From the NCBI GenBank assembly GCA_963788195.1, contig CAWBGA010000013.1:384001-448000 (forward strand): a DNA stretch of 64,000 bases, written 5' to 3'. Shown piece after piece: positions 30,787 to 39,744 of this stretch (the stretch's first letter is position 1; every line of letters starts with the position of its first letter). The stretch comes from Nitrospirota bacterium. GTDB lineage: Bacteria > Nitrospirota > Nitrospiria > Nitrospirales > NS-4. Made by a program: the position numbers and the translations under genes. The notes under the pieces were generated by a model. It did not search any database, was not told where the DNA came from, and saw only the letters and a program-made list of their open reading frames with translations.

Positions 30787-30957
30787 GGCGACGGCACTCC
30801 GGTCTTCAAACTGAAAATGTTATACTTCGAATGATTGAGAATGTCCAGGGCAATTGCTCGCAACCCAAAAGTAGAATCGCTTCTCCTTGGAGTATACAAA
30901 ATCGCACTGGGAGTAGGCGGTTACATTCAGCACTTTAACGTAATTACTACTCAATCC

Positions 30958-31251
30958 CTACATTGAATGAATGCCGAATTTCGGGGCGCAGATTCGCTCG
31001 CTATGACATCTCGGGCACCGGCCGGGCCTCGTGAAACGCGCCCGGCTGCGGAAGATAAACGCGCATTGCTCGCATTCGGCCGGCTCACGAATAATCTGTC
31101 GCGTTGAGTCCCGTGCGAGGCTACGTGCGATGTGGGTTAGATGGTCTTCTATCTCACGTTCCGAGATCGCGTGGAGAGCCGCAAGGTCGTAGGCCGAATA
31201 CACACCGCCGGTGAGCGTGAGCATGATTTGCTGGCGTAAGGTTAATGGCAC
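30958..31251 (-). CDS. HTH plus zinc-ribbon putative transcriptional regulator
   Basis: TLRQQI..EREIEDHLTHIARSL..PAECEQCAFIF..RPGRCPRCHSERI. Confidence 0.8.
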   Translation of the reverse strand: MPLTLRQQIMLTLTGGVYSAYDLAALHAISEREIEDHLTHIARSLARDSTRQIIREPAECEQCAFIFRSRARFTRPGRCPRCHSERICAPKFGIHSM

Positions 31252-31348
31252 GACGTAAAGTAAGACGCAAACAGATCAACAGATGGGCTTGCCGAGGCGG
31301 TTAAGATTTTGCTAAGCTCCTGTCCACTCAACTCTACCGAGGTGAATC

Positions 31349-31774
31349 ATGGGAGAAGTGAATCCAGAACCGACCACGAAGGCGGTTCAGGACGTTACGG
31401 CTATCAATGTCGATCCTGCCCTCGGAGAGCGACTGTATAAGGCTGCTGTCATCCAGACACGCCAGGGCACCACAGTTCGGGTGTTGTCAAAGACCCTGGG
31501 GTCGGGAAAGATCGACGTTGTGCACTATGCCTGTGATCTCGACGCGGACGGCACGCCTCAGGGAAAGCGGCGCATTCATCGCATCATGGCTGTCGCGCCT
31601 GAGCGATTTGACTCCGAAATCGCTACTATCCAGAAGAGCCTGAAGGCGAACAGCGAGGAGATCCAAGACACCTGGATCCACGACATGGTCGGCATGTCGG
31701 ATCTCATCGCTCAGAGTAACAGCCTTGAAGACTGGACCCGCAAAATGGCGGCGGAGATTCGAAAAACCCCATAA
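31349..31774 (+). CDS. hypothetical protein
   Basis: GAGGTG RBS, 141-aa ORF filling intergenic space. Confidence 0.7.
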   Translation: MGEVNPEPTTKAVQDVTAINVDPALGERLYKAAVIQTRQGTTVRVLSKTLGSGKIDVVHYACDLDADGTPQGKRRIHRIMAVAPERFDSEIATIQKSLKANSEEIQDTWIHDMVGMSDLIAQSNSLEDWTRKMAAEIRKTP

Positions 31775-31777
31775 TCT

Positions 31778-33037
31778 CTAAACCGTAATTGCGCCGGTCG
31801 TAGGACGACGGTTCACGATCACCTCCAGGCGCCGGTGTGCTGCACGCAACGTCGCTTCCACTTGTTCAGCACTATTCCCGCGTGCGATCAGAAATCCGAG
31901 ATACCGTGTGCCTTCCGGAAGCGGAACCAGTTCTTCGCCCGGCTGCGCCGTGATCACAAGTTCCTCCACGCCGGGGACCGCCAGTGCTTCGAGCTGTCCA
32001 AGAATTTCCTGGAACACTCCTAATTTGGGGATCGGAAGCATCATGACTCCCGCCGGTTGTTGCGCCTTATCAAGCTCAGGCAGTGCCAGGCCGAGTGCAT
32101 GCCGCAGAATAATCTCTTCGAGCGAAAGACCGGCCGCGAAGCGCAGCGTTCTGGAGCACCGGCCGCCGATCGAGCGAGCTGCCAGCTCGATCAGCCAGAC
32201 GCCGGCGTCATTGACGCGCAGTTCGCCGTGAATCGGTCCTTGCCTCAGGCCCAATGCTGCTGCCGCGCTGGCAGCGCACTCGGTGATCGCTGCCTGTACA
32301 GACCCGGGCAGACGGGAAGGAGTCACATAAATCGTTTCTTCAAAGAAGGGACCTTCCAGTGGATCGGGCTTGTCGAAGAGCGCCAAAACCCGAAGGCTGC
32401 CTTCGGTGAGCAGGCCCTCGAGCGCGACCTCGACCCCGGGAACGTAGTCCTCGACCAGGATAACGCGTCCGCGCTGATCGTCAGAAGCAGGTCCTAATTT
32501 TCGGAGCAACGCACACACTCGATGAAACGCAGCGGTGAACTCAGCGGGTGTGTTGGCGCGAATGACGCCGCAGCTCGCCGATAAGCCGACGGGTTTGACC
32601 ACACATGGATAGTGGACGCCTTGTCCTATGGCGGCTGGGTCCTGATGAATTGGGACGACAATAAAGCCGGGGACGGGCACACCGTGTTTCTGCAACAGTT
32701 TCCGCATCCGATGCTTATTGCGCGCTGCGGAGACGGACTCCACGGAGTTATGTGAAAGTCCTAAAGCGGCGGAGATCAGGGCCGCTATGACAGCAGTATT
32801 GTCGTCAACTCCAATGACCGCATGAACAGGATGATCGGTCGCGTAGCGAACGGCCGCATGGACGCATTCGTCAGGGTTGCCGAAGTCCAGCGCAAGCAGG
32901 TCTTGCCGGGGTATGCGGAGGCCGTGGCCTTGATGTTCCGTGCCGACGGTGACCTGTACCTTCAGCTGTTTGGCCGCCTCGAGAAAACTTTCCGCGCGGT
33001 AGGTAGTACTTGGAAGAAGAAGCAGGAGCCGTGGCAT
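31778..33037 (-). CDS. ATP-grasp domain protein
   Basis: ARNKHRMR, YPCVVKP, SASCGV, LVEDYVPGVEVALEG, HGELR, LIELAARSIGG. Confidence 0.9.
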   Translation of the reverse strand: MPRLLLLLPSTTYRAESFLEAAKQLKVQVTVGTEHQGHGLRIPRQDLLALDFGNPDECVHAAVRYATDHPVHAVIGVDDNTAVIAALISAALGLSHNSVESVSAARNKHRMRKLLQKHGVPVPGFIVVPIHQDPAAIGQGVHYPCVVKPVGLSASCGVIRANTPAEFTAAFHRVCALLRKLGPASDDQRGRVILVEDYVPGVEVALEGLLTEGSLRVLALFDKPDPLEGPFFEETIYVTPSRLPGSVQAAITECAASAAAALGLRQGPIHGELRVNDAGVWLIELAARSIGGRCSRTLRFAAGLSLEEIILRHALGLALPELDKAQQPAGVMMLPIPKLGVFQEILGQLEALAVPGVEELVITAQPGEELVPLPEGTRYLGFLIARGNSAEQVEATLRAAHRRLEVIVNRRPTTGAITV

Positions 33038-33038
33038 G

Positions 33039-33737
33039 TCATTGGAGCCGGGATTTGTGGAATTGCTCCAAGCGGGTATTGGCTTCGATGATGACTGCGA
33101 GGCGCCTCACGACTTCAGCGACGCGGCCCCCGGGGATCGCATAATAGCCCTCGTCGTCTCCGAGCCCGGTATAGACCCGGTTTCCAATACAGCCCAAACT
33201 CGCCGTCGCCGCTCCAGACTCAAGGGTTTCAGGGAGTACTGAACAGGTGGGGCGCCCCATGGTCGCGCCCCCGACGGCAAGGCCTACGGCCTGAGCAGCC
33301 TCCGCCAACAGCATCAGCTGTTTCACGGTTCCGCGAACCAAGACAATATCAGGTTCAAATGGCGCGTCGACAAGCGGAGCATACAATGCCACGCCAAAAG
33401 CGCCGCGGCGGCGCGGGATGGCCGGAATCTCATCCAGTGATATGTACTGCATCTCGACCATCGTGTTCACGAGTCCGTTTAGTTGCATGGCGACGTCAGG
33501 TGGAAGCTCGATGCCGTGAGTGTGGGCGCCGACGGGGCAGGTGTAGTGATCGCTCGCCTCGGTGTAGAAAACGTCGCCGTTGGCAGCCAACCGCCAGTAG
33601 CCGCACCCTGCCGGCGCAGGGGAGTCGACGCGGCGCATGCCCGAAGGCGCGGAGTCCCGGAAGGCGATCGCCACCGGAGGCAAACTCAAGTCCAGGAGTT
33701 CCTGTAACTCGGCCCCGGCTTTATTCGCGTTCATCAT
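33039..33737 (-). CDS. DUF169 domain protein
   Basis: LSLPPVAIAF, CGYW, CPVGA, EPDIVL, PTCS, SLGCIGNR. Confidence 0.85.
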   Translation of the reverse strand: MMNANKAGAELQELLDLSLPPVAIAFRDSAPSGMRRVDSPAPAGCGYWRLAANGDVFYTEASDHYTCPVGAHTHGIELPPDVAMQLNGLVNTMVEMQYISLDEIPAIPRRRGAFGVALYAPLVDAPFEPDIVLVRGTVKQLMLLAEAAQAVGLAVGGATMGRPTCSVLPETLESGAATASLGCIGNRVYTGLGDDEGYYAIPGGRVAEVVRRLAVIIEANTRLEQFHKSRLQ

Positions 33738-33749
33738 TCTTGCTCCCTT

Positions 33750-33964
33750 TCACCAAACCCGCCCTGAAATCTTATTCCACCCACCCACCCCAAGCCATTG
33801 ACCCATTGCATTTGAGGAGCAACGGGTACCCCGACAGGCTTTTATCCCGTGGACAGATTCCTTTGCCCCATCTCACCCGCCCAACCCTGGAATCTGCCAA
33901 GACAGATTCCTTTGCCCCATCTCACCCGAACCCTGGAATCTGCCAAGACAGATTCCTTTGCCCC
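33750..33964. repeat. tandem array of ~45-49-bp hairpin/G-run repeat units
   Basis: TCACCCGCCCAACCCT-GGAATCTG-CCAAGA-CAGATTCC-TTTGCCCC at 33873-33918, near copy 33922-33964, half units at 33832 and 33852. Confidence 0.85.
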
Positions 33965-34006
33965 TTGCTAGCGGCCCAGCATCATCCGGGACGGACCGGT
34001 TCAATG

Positions 34007-35509
34007 TCAAATGGCTTCCTGGCCGGTGGTTCGCAGCGGCCGAAGCTGTTCCTGGGTAGGTTCGGCGCAGCAGAACCAGGATTCCGTCAAGCGTGGCGCT
34101 TTCTCCTGTCCGTTCAGGCGGTCGTGAGACGCCGCCGGGACAGGACGCCCGGAAATTTCATAGGCCAACTCCCGCAAGCGCTGGAACATGGCGTCGGGAC
34201 CCTCATCCTTTTGCGTGCCTTCCTGTACGGCGGCGGTCGCCAGTTCATGCAGTCGATCCATACGAGCGTCGGGGTGGGACCAGTGATATTGGAAATTGGC
34301 TTGATCCAGGGGGTGAAGAAATGTGCCGATGTCGCTTTGGTCCAGAAGCGCCGAGCCTGGGGGGACCAGAAGGCGAATGGTGTATTGCACGGGGTCAACC
34401 GCGTCTAAGAGATCGTGTGACCTGACCATCTCGAGCATCTCAACATAGTCCTCAAGAGAAGTCCACGGCGTAAAAGCCACGAAAGACGGTCGCAGCGCAA
34501 TGCCCACGGTGCGGCAGACCGCAAGCGCTTCGAGAATATCTTCGCGCGTATGTCCTTTCTTTAATCGATCGAGCACTGAGTCGCTGAATGATTCTACGGC
34601 GGATATTACAAACAGGCAGCCCAATCTGTGCATTTCTTCGAACAAGGAACGTCGCTCGAGAATGTGTTCTATCTTTGCTGTAAAGTCGAACGTCAAGTGC
34701 GGAAACTCGTCGTGCATCGCGCGCAGTACTTTCATCGAATGGCCCGGTCCATTCAGAAAGTCGGGGTCTCCAAACGTGATGTGCGTCGCGCCGTCCTTCA
34801 CGAGGCGACCGATGTCTTCCAGCACGCTTGTTTCCGGAATCAGAACGAGCCGGCCTTTATAAACGGGCACGATAGGGCAGTGCAGGCAGTGATGCAAGCA
34901 GCCGCGGCTGGCCTCGACGTAACCCACAAGACGTTGTCGTCCCTGGTGATCCAGCTTGGCATAACGGGCAAGCGGCGGAAGGGCGCGGCGGCTGGGAATG
35001 GGAATGATCGCCGGCAGACGGCCAAGGACCGGATGGGTAATCCGTCCTCCCACGCTGACGCCGTCCAATTGCTTCATCCCATGCGCTCCCGGCATTTCCA
35101 AAGCCTTTACGAGCTTCACCAGCATCGCCTCGCACTCTGCGCCGATGACAGAGTCCGCAACGTGTTGAAGCAGATAGTCGGCATTTAGTGCCGCATACAG
35201 TCCGAAGAAACAGATGTGGCAGTCAGGGTTCAGCTCGCGGCACAGCTTCGCCACCCGGACCCCGAGTCGCAGGGCGGTATGCATGGGCACGGCAATGCCG
35301 ATGAATTGCGCCCGACGGACAGCGACGTCGTTGACGGCCTCGATTGCCACATCGAGGGCACGCGGTTGATATCCGGCCTCTTCCAAAAATCCAAGAGGCT
35401 GCGCGATCGCCAGCGGTTGATGACCGAGCTCGTAGCATGAGATCAGCAGAATGGCGCCCCTGTCTTGCAGGGATAAAACCGCCGTTTGCGTATCCTCATG
35501 AGCAGCCAT
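34007..35509 (-). CDS. cobalamin-binding-domain radical SAM protein, CUAEP/CCAEP-tail family (Cys form)
   Basis: LISCYELGHQP, VEASRGCLHHCLHCP (CxxxCxxC), HITFGDPDF, tail WFCCAEP. Confidence 0.88.
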   Translation of the reverse strand: MAAHEDTQTAVLSLQDRGAILLISCYELGHQPLAIAQPLGFLEEAGYQPRALDVAIEAVNDVAVRRAQFIGIAVPMHTALRLGVRVAKLCRELNPDCHICFFGLYAALNADYLLQHVADSVIGAECEAMLVKLVKALEMPGAHGMKQLDGVSVGGRITHPVLGRLPAIIPIPSRRALPPLARYAKLDHQGRQRLVGYVEASRGCLHHCLHCPIVPVYKGRLVLIPETSVLEDIGRLVKDGATHITFGDPDFLNGPGHSMKVLRAMHDEFPHLTFDFTAKIEHILERRSLFEEMHRLGCLFVISAVESFSDSVLDRLKKGHTREDILEALAVCRTVGIALRPSFVAFTPWTSLEDYVEMLEMVRSHDLLDAVDPVQYTIRLLVPPGSALLDQSDIGTFLHPLDQANFQYHWSHPDARMDRLHELATAAVQEGTQKDEGPDAMFQRLRELAYEISGRPVPAASHDRLNGQEKAPRLTESWFCCAEPTQEQLRPLRTTGQEAI

Positions 35510-35616
35510 AGACTTCTTCGCGTCGAATTGTACCCGAATTACAGGTGGACGGTCTTCTCTTTTGGGTGAAATAAAACTCCAGGAAGGGTGGTGAGATGGA
35601 GAAGGGTGCTATGACA

Positions 35617-35985
35617 TCAGCCTCGCCACGGGAGGGCTTTCTTCACCAGATCGTAAAAGAACTGCCCGGTATCTCGGAACAGATGGCCATTCCCCTGCGA
35701 TCGGGACCCATTGCGCCCGCGTTGACCGACGACGTAGCCGAACAAAATGACACCTACCATGACCACCCAGGGATGCTGGTCGACCTGATGATAGGGATTC
35801 AATGTCCGCTTCACGCCTTGCGCCGTTTGTTTCACATCATCAATAGCATGTTGTACCTGAGACTTTGTTTGTTCGACCGCGCCGCGTACCCTGCGTTTCA
35901 GCAGGTCCAGCTTCATGGTCATTTGTTCTCTGGTCTGCAGGATTGCTCTTAGATCTTGCTCGATGTCGCAATTTCTTTGAACCAT
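35617..35985 (-). CDS. DUF3618-like membrane-associated protein
   Basis: IEQDLRAILQTREQMTMKLDLL..., QHPWVVMVGVILFGYVVG. Confidence 0.65.
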   Translation of the reverse strand: MVQRNCDIEQDLRAILQTREQMTMKLDLLKRRVRGAVEQTKSQVQHAIDDVKQTAQGVKRTLNPYHQVDQHPWVVMVGVILFGYVVGQRGRNGSRSQGNGHLFRDTGQFFYDLVKKALPWRG

Positions 35986-36404
35986 TGGACGTTCTCCTTC
36001 AGCGTCTCGACTGTTCGCACAGGCACAATATGTATGTCCTTTACCTTCTTTGCGCAGACATTAATCAACGCCGCCGCGATGACCTTGTTCAACGCCGCCG
36101 CGATCACGAATAGTAGTACCCCGACTGTGCCGTAACACGCCCACAGAGGGAGTTCCGTGACGGCGTTCAGCAGATACACGAGCATCAATACCAGCAGAAG
36201 CCCGCCGAAGAGTGCGATGGTCCCGCTGACCGCTAAGGAGACGGCTGCGGCTACGGCTTTGCGTACCGCATCCTGAATCTCGTGCTTGGCGAGTTGGATC
36301 TCTTGGAGCAGCAAAGTTTGCCCGTCGTTGAGGATATCGACGATCAGCCCTACCGTGCTTTTTTCAGATGAAGATGATGATGTTTCGCGTGAAGACCCTG
36401 ACAT
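35949..36404 (-). CDS. phage holin-like (YhjD/DUF1469-type) membrane protein
   Basis: LLLQEIQLAKHEI, two TM helices, PVRTVETLKEN. Confidence 0.8.
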   Translation of the reverse strand: MSGSSRETSSSSSEKSTVGLIVDILNDGQTLLLQEIQLAKHEIQDAVRKAVAAAVSLAVSGTIALFGGLLLVLMLVYLLNAVTELPLWACYGTVGVLLFVIAAALNKVIAAALINVCAKKVKDIHIVPVRTVETLKENVQWFKEIATSSKI

Positions 36405-36407
36405 GAT

Positions 36408-36758
36408 TTACCTCCTTGTGCCGCGCGCTAACAGAAATCCCAGGGTAGCGCCGATCAGCATGAATGGGATGGGGCGGCGACGGATGATATCTGCAGTCTC
36501 ATACAGAAGCTTTTCAGTGGGGCGGCCTTGGAGAAAAAACCCAGCGTCCTCTAGCGCTAGCATTAATGGAATTGCGATACCTGAACCGCCCACCAGCGGC
36601 GCGGCTTTTTGCCTCAGCGCTCTTGCAGAATCGACTAGCCTTGCGCCAATTGTTCCTAGCACTCGGTCGGGCATCGTTTCGGGTGTTTGATCGTGTCCAT
36701 ATTGAGATGGAGCCGTGTTGACGGCCTTTACCGGACGGATCTCCGTTGTCGTATCCAT
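36408..36758 (-). CDS. hypothetical protein (ElaB/YqjD-like C-terminal anchor)
   Basis: IIRRRPIPFMLIGATLGFLLAR C-terminus; GGGAG RBS. Confidence 0.65.
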   Translation of the reverse strand: MDTTTEIRPVKAVNTAPSQYGHDQTPETMPDRVLGTIGARLVDSARALRQKAAPLVGGSGIAIPLMLALEDAGFFLQGRPTEKLLYETADIIRRRPIPFMLIGATLGFLLARGTRR

Positions 36759-36798
36759 AGTTCTCCCTTAAAATCCAGCAGGCAACGACATCACGCGT

Positions 36799-36814
36799 AG
36801 CAAATTCAGAGCCA
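36799..36814 (-). promoter_or_regulatory. putative sigma54 promoter
   Basis: TGGCTCTGAATTTGCT on minus strand, GG-N10-GC, ~40 bp upstream of 36758. Confidence 0.5.
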
Positions 36815-36889
36815 GCGGGACAATAGACAAAAGCGAGGATTGGGAAGATAAAAAGTCGCTAGGCCCTAGCCCTATTAAAGATACGCCGG

Positions 36890-37747
36890 TCATGAGGAAC
36901 GAGGCGCGCCGGGAGGCTTTCGAGGGAATTGCGACGTTGGCGAGCGCAACTTCTGAGCTGCGCGAAAATGTCGGATAGCTTCGGATTTTCTGCCCTCAGC
37001 TTCGTGCAGGAGAGCCAGATTATAATGCGCATCGGAAAACGCGGCGTCACGCGCAAGGGCCTTACGGTAAGCCATCGCCGCTTCGAGAGGATGATGCATC
37101 TCTTCCATGAGAACTCCGAAGTTAAAATGAGCGAGCGGGTCGTCAGGCGCATAGCGCAGCGCAGCTCGATAGCAACTCTCGGCCCGAGCAAATTGTCTTG
37201 ACTCCTGGCACAAGCGGCCGAGATTAATATGGGCTGCCGCGCAGGCTGGATCGATCTTCAAAGCCTGCTCATATGCACGGCACGCTTCCTCAGGGGAATC
37301 TTTTTCCAGTTCGCTGGCAAGGTCAAACCAATTGTCTGCGGTCAGGGGCGGCAGGCGGCGGGGCGCACGCTGCTTGAGGGGAAGTTGACGAGCCATGCAG
37401 CGCGGCTCAAAGTCAAAAAGAAATTGGCCCGAGTCGGGCTGCCAATGCGCGTTGCCGTCCCATACAACGACGCGACGCCCGTCGGCGTAAATCGTGACCT
37501 TCCAAAGTTGTTGATCTTCAGGGAGCTGTCGTTTCAGGGAATGCAGCATTTTTCGGATACGCGAAATGGGGACTTCCGCGTCTAAGAGGCCTTTCGTCGT
37601 CTTCAGCAGCAGAAGGTCTTGAAAAGTAAACTCCCGTGGCCCAAGCCGTCCTGTCAGGTACAGAGCGGCTCGTAAACAGGAGCGAAGGCGGGCACCGGAA
37701 AGATCGAGGATCCTCGCCACCTCCGGGGTGGTGAAGTATGTCCTCAT
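36890..37747 (-). CDS. MerR-like HTH plus tetratricopeptide repeat protein
   Basis: FTTPEVARILDLSGARLR..FTFQDLLLLKTTKGLLDAEV; TPRs AHINLG, AHFNFG, AHYNLA; start overlaps Ku stop. Confidence 0.85.
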   Translation of the reverse strand: MRTYFTTPEVARILDLSGARLRSCLRAALYLTGRLGPREFTFQDLLLLKTTKGLLDAEVPISRIRKMLHSLKRQLPEDQQLWKVTIYADGRRVVVWDGNAHWQPDSGQFLFDFEPRCMARQLPLKQRAPRRLPPLTADNWFDLASELEKDSPEEACRAYEQALKIDPACAAAHINLGRLCQESRQFARAESCYRAALRYAPDDPLAHFNFGVLMEEMHHPLEAAMAYRKALARDAAFSDAHYNLALLHEAEGRKSEAIRHFRAAQKLRSPTSQFPRKPPGAPRSS

Positions 37748-38598
37748 TTCTTCGACGCGTTAACCTTTCGAGGCGCCGAGCCCTCTTCAAGGCGCCGTGC
37801 CCTGACAGCCGGCTTCTTTTCCTTGCCGGGGCCTCTTGCGAGGCTTGCTTTGAGCGCCTCCATAAGATCCACGACTTCGGCGGGCTGTTTTAAGGCTTCT
37901 GTGACGCTGATCTCTTGACCTGCGGCCTTTTGCGTGACGATCTCCATTACGCGGCCTCGATACTCATCGTGATACTGCTCGGGCTTAAACTCTTCGGTCG
38001 ACAATTCGTCGATAAGGCGGGTTGCGAGACCAAGTTCGTTTTCTTTTACGGCAGCAGACCCCTTGTCAATCTCCGCAAAGTTTCTGATTTCATCCGAAAA
38101 ATACATGAGATGGAGCATGAGCCCTTCCTGCGACGGCCGAATAAGGACCAGATTTTCTTTGCCCCGCATCGCGAATTTGGCAAGGGCTACGCGGTTGGAT
38201 TTGGCCATGGCCTCAGTAAGCAGACGGTATGGCTTCTCCCCCCCTTTGTCAGGCCCCAAGTAATAGGTTTTCTCGAAATAAATCGGATCGACTTTGGGTA
38301 GAGGCACGAACTCCAGGATATCGATGTTTTGGGATGCGGTGTGCTCTAGTGCTTCCAACTCCGCCTCAGTAAACTGCACATATTGGTTTCTTGCGAGCTC
38401 ATACCCTCGCACCAAATCGTCCCGGGTCAGCACGATATTGCAGACCGGGCAGACCTGCTGCTGCTTAATGCGATTTCCGCACTTCGCATGCATCAAATGA
38501 AAGGAGACGTTCTGAGAACTGGCCGCAGTATAGAGTTTAATCGGAATATTAACGAGGCCAAACGAGATTGTGCCGGACTGGAGCACGCGTGGGGCCAT
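37744..38598 (-). CDS. ku: non-homologous end joining protein Ku
   Basis: GTISFGLVNIPIKLY, FVPLPKVDPIYFEKTYYL, YHDEYR, VVDLMEALKASL. Confidence 0.96.
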   Translation of the reverse strand: MAPRVLQSGTISFGLVNIPIKLYTAASSQNVSFHLMHAKCGNRIKQQQVCPVCNIVLTRDDLVRGYELARNQYVQFTEAELEALEHTASQNIDILEFVPLPKVDPIYFEKTYYLGPDKGGEKPYRLLTEAMAKSNRVALAKFAMRGKENLVLIRPSQEGLMLHLMYFSDEIRNFAEIDKGSAAVKENELGLATRLIDELSTEEFKPEQYHDEYRGRVMEIVTQKAAGQEISVTEALKQPAEVVDLMEALKASLARGPGKEKKPAVRARRLEEGSAPRKVNASKK

Positions 38599-38826
38599 GG
38601 CGATCCCTCCATTTCGCTAGTAGGCAAAATATTATAGCAAAATCATGCCGGACCCCGCATCTAGACAAAAGTGCAGGGAAGGCAAAGCCGGTTAGTTCCT
38701 TTTAGGGCGTTTTTCCAACGCTAAAGCGATTGGACGGACTGGTTACCTCCTACTTAGGGGGCATTTATCTCCCTCTAATTTTTCGTAAGACTAAGTAAGA
38801 TTTACCTGCGCCGAGGTGACAAGAGA

Positions 38827-39165
38827 ATGGCAAGTCAGACTCTTCATGCTGGCAGCGGTTTCCGTCGCTATCTGGTTATCCTCGCGTTCTTTTGCCCTCT
38901 GTTCGCCTGTGAAACCGTGACGCAGGAAACATTGCGTGCAAACGTCTCAGACGCTGCAATCAATGCCGCAGTGAAATCCAAGATCATCGCTGATGCCGTG
39001 GTCAAGTCAGGAGAGGTGTCTGTGGAGACTATCCGGGGCCAGGTCTATTTACGGGGGGTCGTGCCCACTGCTGATGATAAGAGACGAGTGCAGGAGCTCG
39101 CGAACGAGGTGCCTGGCGCGCTTACCGTGAACAAGCTTGAAGTCCAGGAAATACAACATCTGTGA
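38827..39165 (+). CDS. BON domain lipoprotein
   Basis: LFAC lipobox; SDAAINAAVK..VETIRGQVYLRG..VNKL. Confidence 0.85.
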   Translation: MASQTLHAGSGFRRYLVILAFFCPLFACETVTQETLRANVSDAAINAAVKSKIIADAVVKSGEVSVETIRGQVYLRGVVPTADDKRRVQELANEVPGALTVNKLEVQEIQHL

Positions 39166-39629
39166 AAACCACCTTAATGCGCAAAGCCAACGATTTTGCC
39201 CAGTGCTTCGAAAGACATACGGAGCGGCGTTGGCGCACGGAACGGCTCTCTTTCTGGACGCTCCGGCCCGAATCGCCGCCTGAGCTTCGGGCTCTTGTTG
39301 CGGCTGCGCAGGCCGATTACTTTCGTGACCCCTGGCGGTACGATTTCATTGTCCAAGCACTCAATGTTATCGCCGTCGTCGACAATCCGGACGAGGTAGA
39401 GCTAGCCAATACCATATCAAACCTCGGTCTCCTAGAATGGTTTGCCTCCACGCCGTCACGGGCTGTCTACGTCGATAAAGCCGTTCACGAATATGGCCTG
39501 CCCGCAGGTGGAATCATGGACGCCATTCTTCTTGGGCAGGCGAGGGAAGAGGAAGAAGTCTACCAGATTGTGCTTGATGAATTACGGCAACTCACCGGAG
39601 AGTGTGCACAAACCTTGATGACTCAGTAG
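39162..39629 (+). CDS. hypothetical protein, acidic helical C-terminal half, phage-like
   Basis: ORF coupled to BON stop (GTGA); DPWRYDFI..LLEWFAS..YVDKAVHEYG..GQAREEEEVY. Confidence 0.65.
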   Translation: MKTTLMRKANDFAQCFERHTERRWRTERLSFWTLRPESPPELRALVAAAQADYFRDPWRYDFIVQALNVIAVVDNPDEVELANTISNLGLLEWFASTPSRAVYVDKAVHEYGLPAGGIMDAILLGQAREEEEVYQIVLDELRQLTGECAQTLMTQ

Positions 39630-39744
39630 CAGTATCTGACAGATTCTGGACTGGTAGCACTACCATTTCTATATCATTACCATTATCATTCCGTCAGTGA
39701 TCCGATGATACACAGGCCAGGGCTTTAAGCCGAGGAGGACCGTC

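Noticed and set aside
33870..33964. Mini CRISPR array
   Set aside because: Head-to-tail repeats without unique spacers
34055..34080. Selenocysteine recoding in radical SAM tail
   Set aside because: Both codons are TGC; no in-frame TGA
33359..34408. 349-aa plus-strand ORF spanning DUF169, repeats and radical SAM
   Set aside because: Antisense to well-supported genes, Arg/Pro-rich shadow composition
38635..38650. Sigma54-like CGGCATGATTTTGCT upstream of ku
   Set aside because: GG-to-GC spacing is 9, not the required 10
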